The notes beneath the pieces are model-generated. The model did no database searches. It had not been told where the DNA came from and worked only from the letters and a program-made list of their open reading frames with translations. This document shows positions 57,717-64,000 of a stretch of 64,000 nucleotides of DNA, piece by piece. The DNA is from Octopus vulgaris (Eukaryota), in contig OX597837.1 in the NCBI GenBank assembly GCA_951406725.2, positions 27,342,001 to 27,406,000 of the forward strand, given 5' to 3'. A program made the position numbers and the translations under genes. Position 1 is the stretch's first letter, and each line of letters opens with the position of its first letter.

Positions 57717-58014
57717 ATATATTTTTGCTTTCATCTACCCCTCCCCGCCGATATGTACATACAGAAACATTATTCATGTCTATACAAACACATGTATATA
57801 TATATATTTATATATATATATATCTTGACATCCATCCGGCATGCAGACACATTTATTCATGTCCACACAAACACGCACTCAATGTCCAAGCAACATCACT
57901 CGAGGAAAGCTATAGAGTTGCTTAACGACGTGCCCTAGTGTCAGGACAGGAAACATGCTGTTCTTCTTTGGTTAATTATCTACTAGCAGAGAATGCTTAC
58001 AACAATCAATTCTG

Positions 58015-58730
58015 CTAGGATTCCTCGAAGGTATTCCCCCAAAGTAAAAGCTTCAACTTCGGCCGAGAAGATGTGACGATTTTGATTCTATACCTGAGAT
58101 TCTCAGAATTTGCTTCTGGGTTACTGGAATCTCGTCCCAAACGGTTATAACAAAGTTTCAGCACATGCAGTGTCTTGTTGCCCTCCAGTGCGTCTAATAT
58201 CGACGAGAAACCATCGTTTGTGATTTCACACATATTCAATCCAAAACATCGAAGGGTTGTGTTTTCTTCAATCGCCTTTGAAAGCTTACGGGCCCCACTG
58301 TCCCCGATAAAGTTATTACTCAGATCCAAGTTCAAAAGACAGCTATTATTGAGCAGGGAGCAACAGAGGGGTTCACAGCCAAAGGCCGTCAAACCACAAT
58401 TTTCCAGGTTTAACTTCTTGATACAAGACTCCTTGGCAAGGTGTTGCGAAATAATGTCTACACCTTCGTTACCGATGAAATTACGGCTCATGTCAAGGTC
58501 CGTTAGGGTCGTGTTGCAAACCAAAGAACTGAACAGGAATTTGCAGCCGGACCAGGTGATGCTGCTGCTGCGTAAACGCAGTTTCTTCAGGGCTTTGTTT
58601 TGGCGCAGCATTTCCGCAATGTGCACACAGCCCTCGTCGTCGATTTCCACAAAACTGAAATCAAGGTCTTCGAGTGCCACGTTGTGTTTGAGGGCGTCGC
58701 AGATTCTCTTGCAGCCAGCACCGTCCATTC
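58015..58730 (-). CDS. Terminal coding exon of a ribonuclease-inhibitor-type LRR protein (NLRC3/NOD-like LRR region)
   Basis: About 7 tandem 28-aa repeats LxxLxLxxNxIxxxGxxxLxxxLxxNxx with no stops. Acceptor TTCGTTTTTGTTCTTTTCAG immediately upstream (phase 1); TAG at 58015-58017. Upstream exons not identified. Confidence 0.93.
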
Positions 58731-58767
58731 CTGAAAAGAACAAAAACGAAAACACAATAAATATGAA

Positions 58768-58796
58768 TTATCATCATCATCATCATCAATATCAAT

Positions 58797-58830
<34 letters not shown>

Positions 58831-59263
58831 ACATCATTATCATCATCATCATCTTCATCACCATCATCACCATCACCACCATCACCATCATCATCACCAT
58901 CACCATCATCATCATCACCATCACCACCATCACCATCACCACCATCATCACCATCATCATCACCATCACCATCATCATCATCACGATCATTATCATTATT
59001 ATTATTATGGTCCTTATTATTATTAGTATTATTATTATTATGATTATTAATATTATTATGATTATTATTATGATTATTATTATTATTATGATTATTATTA
59101 TTATTATTATGATTATTATTATTATTATTATTATTATTGTTATTATTGTTATTATTATGATTATTATTATTATTATGATTATTATTATTATTATGATTAT
59201 TATTATTATTATGATTATTATTATTATATTATTATTATTATGATTATTATTATTATTATTATG

Positions 59264-59299
<36 letters not shown>

Positions 59300-59315
59300 G
59301 TTATTATTGTTATTA

Positions 59316-59349
<34 letters not shown>

Positions 59350-59351
59350 CG

Positions 59352-59386
<35 letters not shown>

Positions 59387-59395
59387 GTTATTATT

Positions 59396-59430
<35 letters not shown>

Positions 59431-59440
59431 CATTATTATT
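58768..59440. repeat. Intronic (CAT/CAC)n then (TAT/GAT)n trinucleotide arrays
   Basis: Direct reading; starts ~35 bp from the splice acceptor. Confidence 0.95.
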
Positions 59441-60360
59441 GAAGCCGTTTCCAGAGGGCTTCTTTGTGGTGCATTGAGAATGGAAATAACAATACCGATG
59501 TGTTGTTGCTGCTGTTGTTGTTGTTGTTTAATAGCAAAGAAGTGGAGAGGGAAATGTGGGGAGAGGAAAAGAGAGAAATGAAAGAGAAGGACAGGGAGTG
59601 AGAGAGAGAGAGAGAGAAAGAGAGAGCGAGGAGAAAATTAAAGGGAGGGTGAGAGAGACACAGCAAATAGTTGAGAGAAGGAAAGAGAAAGAGAAAGAAA
59701 GAGAAAGAGAGAGGGGAGAGAGAGAGAGAGAGAGAGAGGAAAAGGGATTGCCGATGAGAAAAGGAGAGAAAGGAGCTGTAGGTTACATGTTGGGAGAGAA
59801 ACGGAAGAGTAAAGTTTGTCGAGAGGGAAAGAGTAACGAGTTAAGGGAGAGAGAGAGAGAGAGAGACGGAGGGAGGGAGAGAGAAAAAAAGAAAGGATAT
59901 GAAAGTAAAGAGAGAAGAGGGAAAGGAATGGAAAAGTAAAACCAAAGTGTATGTGTGTGTATTCCAATATGTATGCGTGAGTTGTGTGTGTGTGTATGCC
60001 AATATGTAAGCGTGTGTGTATGCCAATATGTATCCGTGTGTGTATGCCACTGTGTGTGCTTGTGTGAGTTGTGTGTGTGTGTGTATGCCAATATGTATGC
60101 GTGTGTGAGTTGTGTGTGTCTGTGTGCGCCCGCGTAGAATGAATCAGGCAGTCGATTGACTGGCACCACCCCTGGTGGTGTATATATATATAAAAGTGAG
60201 GTGGGTGAGAGAGATCTTACAGTCTGACTGCGGCAAACCGAACTGAATCAATAAGGAATAAGTTCACCGCCAAAATTGATAACAAAATGAATTAAAAGAG
60301 AAAAGAAAAAAAGGAGCCAAGAAAAAAGAGCAAACAAAAAGGAAAAAAAATACCCAGACA

Positions 60361-60768
60361 GGCGCAGGAGTGGCTGTGTGGTAAGTAGCTTGTTTACCAA
60401 CCACATGGTTCTGGGTTCAGTCCCACTGCGTGGCATCTTGGGCAAGTGTCTTTTGCTATAGCTCCGGGCCGACCAAAGCCTTGTGAGTGGATTTGGTAGA
60501 CGGAAACTGAAAGAAACCTGTCGTATATATGTGTATATATATGTATGTGTGTGTATTTGTGTGTCTGTGTTTGTTCCCCTAGCATTGCTTGACAACCGAT
60601 GCTGGTGTGTTTACGTCCCCGTCACTTAGCGGTTCGGCAAAAAGAGACCGATAGAATAAGTACTGGGCTTACAAAAAGAATAAGTCCCGGGGTCGAGTTG
60701 CTCGACTAAAGGCGGTGCTCCAGCATGGCCGCAGTCAAATGACTGAAACAAGTAAAAGAGTAAAGAGA
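60361..60768 (+). mobile_element. SINE family A
   Basis: Full-length copy. Confidence 0.93.
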
Positions 60769-61275
60769 CAAAAATGGATATTTTGAAAAAAATAAAAATG
60801 GGAGAAAAAACGAAATAAACAGGAATGGAAAAACAAAATGGCGGGAATGAAATAAATAAGGAAAGAGGAAGAAATGTAATGAAGTGCAGTGTATTTAAGG
60901 GGTGTATATATTCTGGGAGTTAGAGAGTATATAATGGTTGGATAGGGTGTAGGGTGGGTGTATGTTGGGAATTAGGGTGTGTATATTGGTTTGCGGTGTC
61001 GAGACGGCAACGAAAGAGGAGGGATTTGGGGAAAAATGAGAGGGTAAGGAAGAGCTTGGTGGGGTTCTGGAGAGGAGAAAGAGATAGATGGAGGGAGGAG
61101 GAGAGAGAGAGAGGGAAAGAAGGGAGAGAGAGGGAGAGAGAAAGAGAGGGACAAATGGAGACAGAGATAGAAATAGAGTGAGAGAGAGAGTCATATATAT
61201 ATATATGTATATATATATATGTATATATATATGTATATATATATGCATATATATATGTATATATATATGTATATA

Positions 61276-61343
<68 letters not shown>

Positions 61344-61345
<2 letters not shown>

Positions 61346-61536
61346 TACTATTTAAGAAGAGTGGTCCAGGTGCGCGCACTCGCGTACTGCGCGTATCCGC
61401 ACTAGCTAGTCGATCCTTACTTTGTGTTTTATTTACTTTGCTAGGTAGCCATTGTAGGATCGACTAGTCACGACTAGCTAGCGCGGATGCGCGAGTACGC
61501 GAGTGCGCGCACCGGGACCATTCTTCTTAAATAGTA

Positions 61537-61538
<2 letters not shown>
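61344..61538. mobile_element. MITE (195 bp) inserted in (TA)n
   Basis: TIRs GGTACTATTTAAGAAGA.TGGTCC.GGTGCGCGCACTCGCGTACT.. / reverse complement, ~70 bp. Confidence 0.9.
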
Positions 61539-61571
<33 letters not shown>

Positions 61572-62092
61572 GAGAAGAGAGAGAAAGAGAGAGAAGGAGA
61601 CGGAAAGAGAGGGACAGTGATAGATATAGACAGATAAAGAGAGACAGATAGAGGGAGAGAGAGAGGAAGAGAGAGAGAGAGTGGAAGAGAGAAAGAAATA
61701 GATATAAGAGATTGATATAATAGATGCAGCTCTGAGAAATTAGGAATGGTTTTTTAGTAGGTTAAATACAGTGTGTGTATGTAGGAGTGAGGTGAGGGTG
61801 AGGAGATGGCTTACCAATGTCAGATTTTGGTAAATTAGATTCTAATGCTTTACTGTTTTTTTTCGATTTGTGCGTATCCTACATTTTCAATGTGAACTTA
61901 AACACACACACGCACACACACACACACTCAGACACACGCACAGACAAGATTTTCTATCTGTGAAATTTGATAGAAACTTTCCTTCCTACTTTATAATTCT
62001 ACATTCCTCCTCTGTCTGTGTCAGTCGGTATAGAGTTGCCCCCTCTCTCATTCTGTAAACACCTGACGATCTAATTAAAAACATTTATGATT

Positions 62093-62251
62093 TGAGTGGC
62101 TGTGTGGTAAGTAGCTTGCTTACCAACCACATGGTTCCGGGTTCAGTCCCACTGCGCGGCACCTTGCGCAAGTGTCTTCTACTATAGCCTCATGTCGACC
62201 AAAGCCTTGTCAGTGGATTTGGTAGACAGAAACTGAAAGAAGCCCGTCCTA

Positions 62252-62306
<55 letters not shown>

Positions 62307-62752
62307 TTGTGTGTATATGTTTGTGTGTCTGTGTTTGTATCCCCAACATCGCTTGACAACCGATGCTGGTATGTTTACGTCCCCGTAACTTAGCGGTTCG
62401 GCGAAAGAGACCGATAGATGAAGTACTAGGCTTACAAAGAATAAGTCCTGGGGCCGGCAAAAGCCTTGTGAGTGGATTTGGTAGACGGAAACCGAAAGAA
62501 TCCCGTCGTATACATGTATGTATATATGCATGTGTGTATATGTTTGTGTCTGTGTTTGTATCCCCAACATCGCTTGACAACCGATGCTGGCGTGTATACG
62601 TCCCCATAACTTAGCGGTTCGGCAAAAGCGACCGATAGAATAAGTACTAAGGCTTACAAAGAATAAGTCCTGGGGTCGATTTGATTCGACTAAAGGCGGT
62701 GCTCCAGCATGGCCGCAGTCATATGACATGAAACAAGTAAAAGAGTAAAAGA
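62093..62752 (+). mobile_element. SINE family A with internal duplication
   Basis: Body repeated from 62455. Confidence 0.9.
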
Positions 62753-62950
62753 GCCTCCAAGTAAACAACGTCTAGCGGTCGTGGGAATTTGATGTTCCTG
62801 CTTGTAAATTAGCACGGATTATAAGCGGTTCCGGATAATCAGTTCCTGGAAAGTTGTAGTGGTGTATGTATGGTGGTTCAGGTTTCAGACATTTTGACTC
62901 TAAAAGACTATCCTCAGTTAAGTTTGAAAAAACAGTAAAGCTTGATTATA

Positions 62951-63115
62951 GGCGCAGGAGTGGCTGTGTGGTAAGTAGCTTGCTAACCAACCACATGGTT
63001 CCGGGTTCAGTCCCACTGCGTGGCATATTGGGCAAGTGTCTTCTGCTATAGCCCCGGGCCGACCAATGCCTTGTGAGTGGATTTGGTAGACGGAAACTGA
63101 AAGAAGCCTGTCGTA

Positions 63116-63118
<3 letters not shown>
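62951..63118 (+). mobile_element. SINE family A, 5' half
   Basis: Head to internal TA tract. Confidence 0.9.
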
Positions 63119-63184
<66 letters not shown>

Positions 63185-63476
63185 GAGAAAGAAGCAACAA
63201 GAATGGATTGGTTTTTAATACAATTGTTTCATACAAAGACAGGCTTTATTACAAGTTGCAAAAATTGCAGCAGATAAAAGTGTCCCGTACTCATCAGCTA
63301 AAATACATTTGAGTTCTCTAGACATCTTAGTGGGTGAGGTTATACTCATGAAATATTGGAGATAGTTCCATTAGAGGCAGATATAGGTTGTAAACATTTT
63401 TCCAAAGTTCCTTAATGATGATGCACAGTCTTATCACAGATTTTTAAAAGCTTATTAGTTTCGATTGATTCATCTA

Positions 63477-63888
63477 GGCGTAGGAGTGGCTGCGTGGTAA
63501 GTAGCTTGCTAACCAACCACATGGTTCCGGGTTCAGTCCCACTGCGTGGCATCTTGGGCAAGTGTCTTCAGATATAGCCCCGGGCCGACAAATGCCTTGT
63601 GAGTGGATTTGGTAGACGGAAACTGAAAGAAGCCTGTCGTATATATGTATATATATATGTGTATGTATGTGTATGTGTTTGTGTGTCTGTGTTTGTACCC
63701 CTAGCATTGCTTGACAACCGATGCTGGTGTGTTTATGTCCCCGTTACTTAGCGGTTCGGCAAAAGAGACCGATAGAATAAGTACTGGGCTTACAAAGAAT
63801 AAGTCCCGGGGTCGAGTTGCTCGACTAAAGGCGGTGCTCCAGCATGGCCGCAGTCAAATGACTGAAACATGTAAAAGAGTGAAAGAGT
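63477..63888 (+). mobile_element. SINE family A
   Basis: Full-length copy. Confidence 0.93.
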
Positions 63889-64000
63889 AGCGAAACAGAA
63901 TGGCGCCGAGTGTAATATCAACATTTCATTTATGAGCGCCATGTTAAAAGACGATTGATTTAACGACTTATATAGCTGCCGTGTGTGTCTGTATTATTGT

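Noticed and set aside
58175-59026. 283 aa plus-strand ORF with poly-His
   Set aside because: Antisense shadow of the LRR exon plus the (CAT)n repeat.
61815-61878. Possible 64 nt upstream exon of the LRR gene (GTAAG donor, compatible phase)
   Set aside because: Weak acceptor, and the peptide does not fit the LRR register; needs RNA-seq.
62771-62930. ~50-codon open frame on the minus strand
   Set aside because: Ends in a stop, has no donor site and no recognisable motif.

Overview
AT-rich, microsatellite-saturated eukaryotic DNA. The SINE families suggest an octopus/coleoid cephalopod genome, but this is recognition, not a search result. Only one host coding exon is well supported: a minus-strand terminal exon (58015-58730) encoding about 7 ribonuclease-inhibitor-type 28-aa leucine-rich repeats. 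The rest is mobile DNA. It includes about 35 copies or fragments of four tRNA-derived SINE families, R4/Dong-type RLE LINE fragments stacked in (TAA)n arrays, CR1 and RTE remnants, Tc1/mariner derivatives, a Helitron, MITEs/foldbacks and two short tandem arrays (146 bp x6, 175 bp x3). The most striking unannotated signal is about a dozen minimal type I hammerhead ribozyme motifs from several unrelated families. They sit in short Penelope-like-element tails that mostly abut (TA)n arrays; one is linked to a GIY-YIG C-terminal motif and two form inverted pairs. Several carry recurrent non-canonical cores (CUGUUGA/CUGUAGA, CCGACGA, A10.1-A11.1) and palindromic stem III sequences. Nearly all ORFs in the supplied track are microsatellite or SINE artefacts. 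Coordinates of degenerate repeats are approximate.
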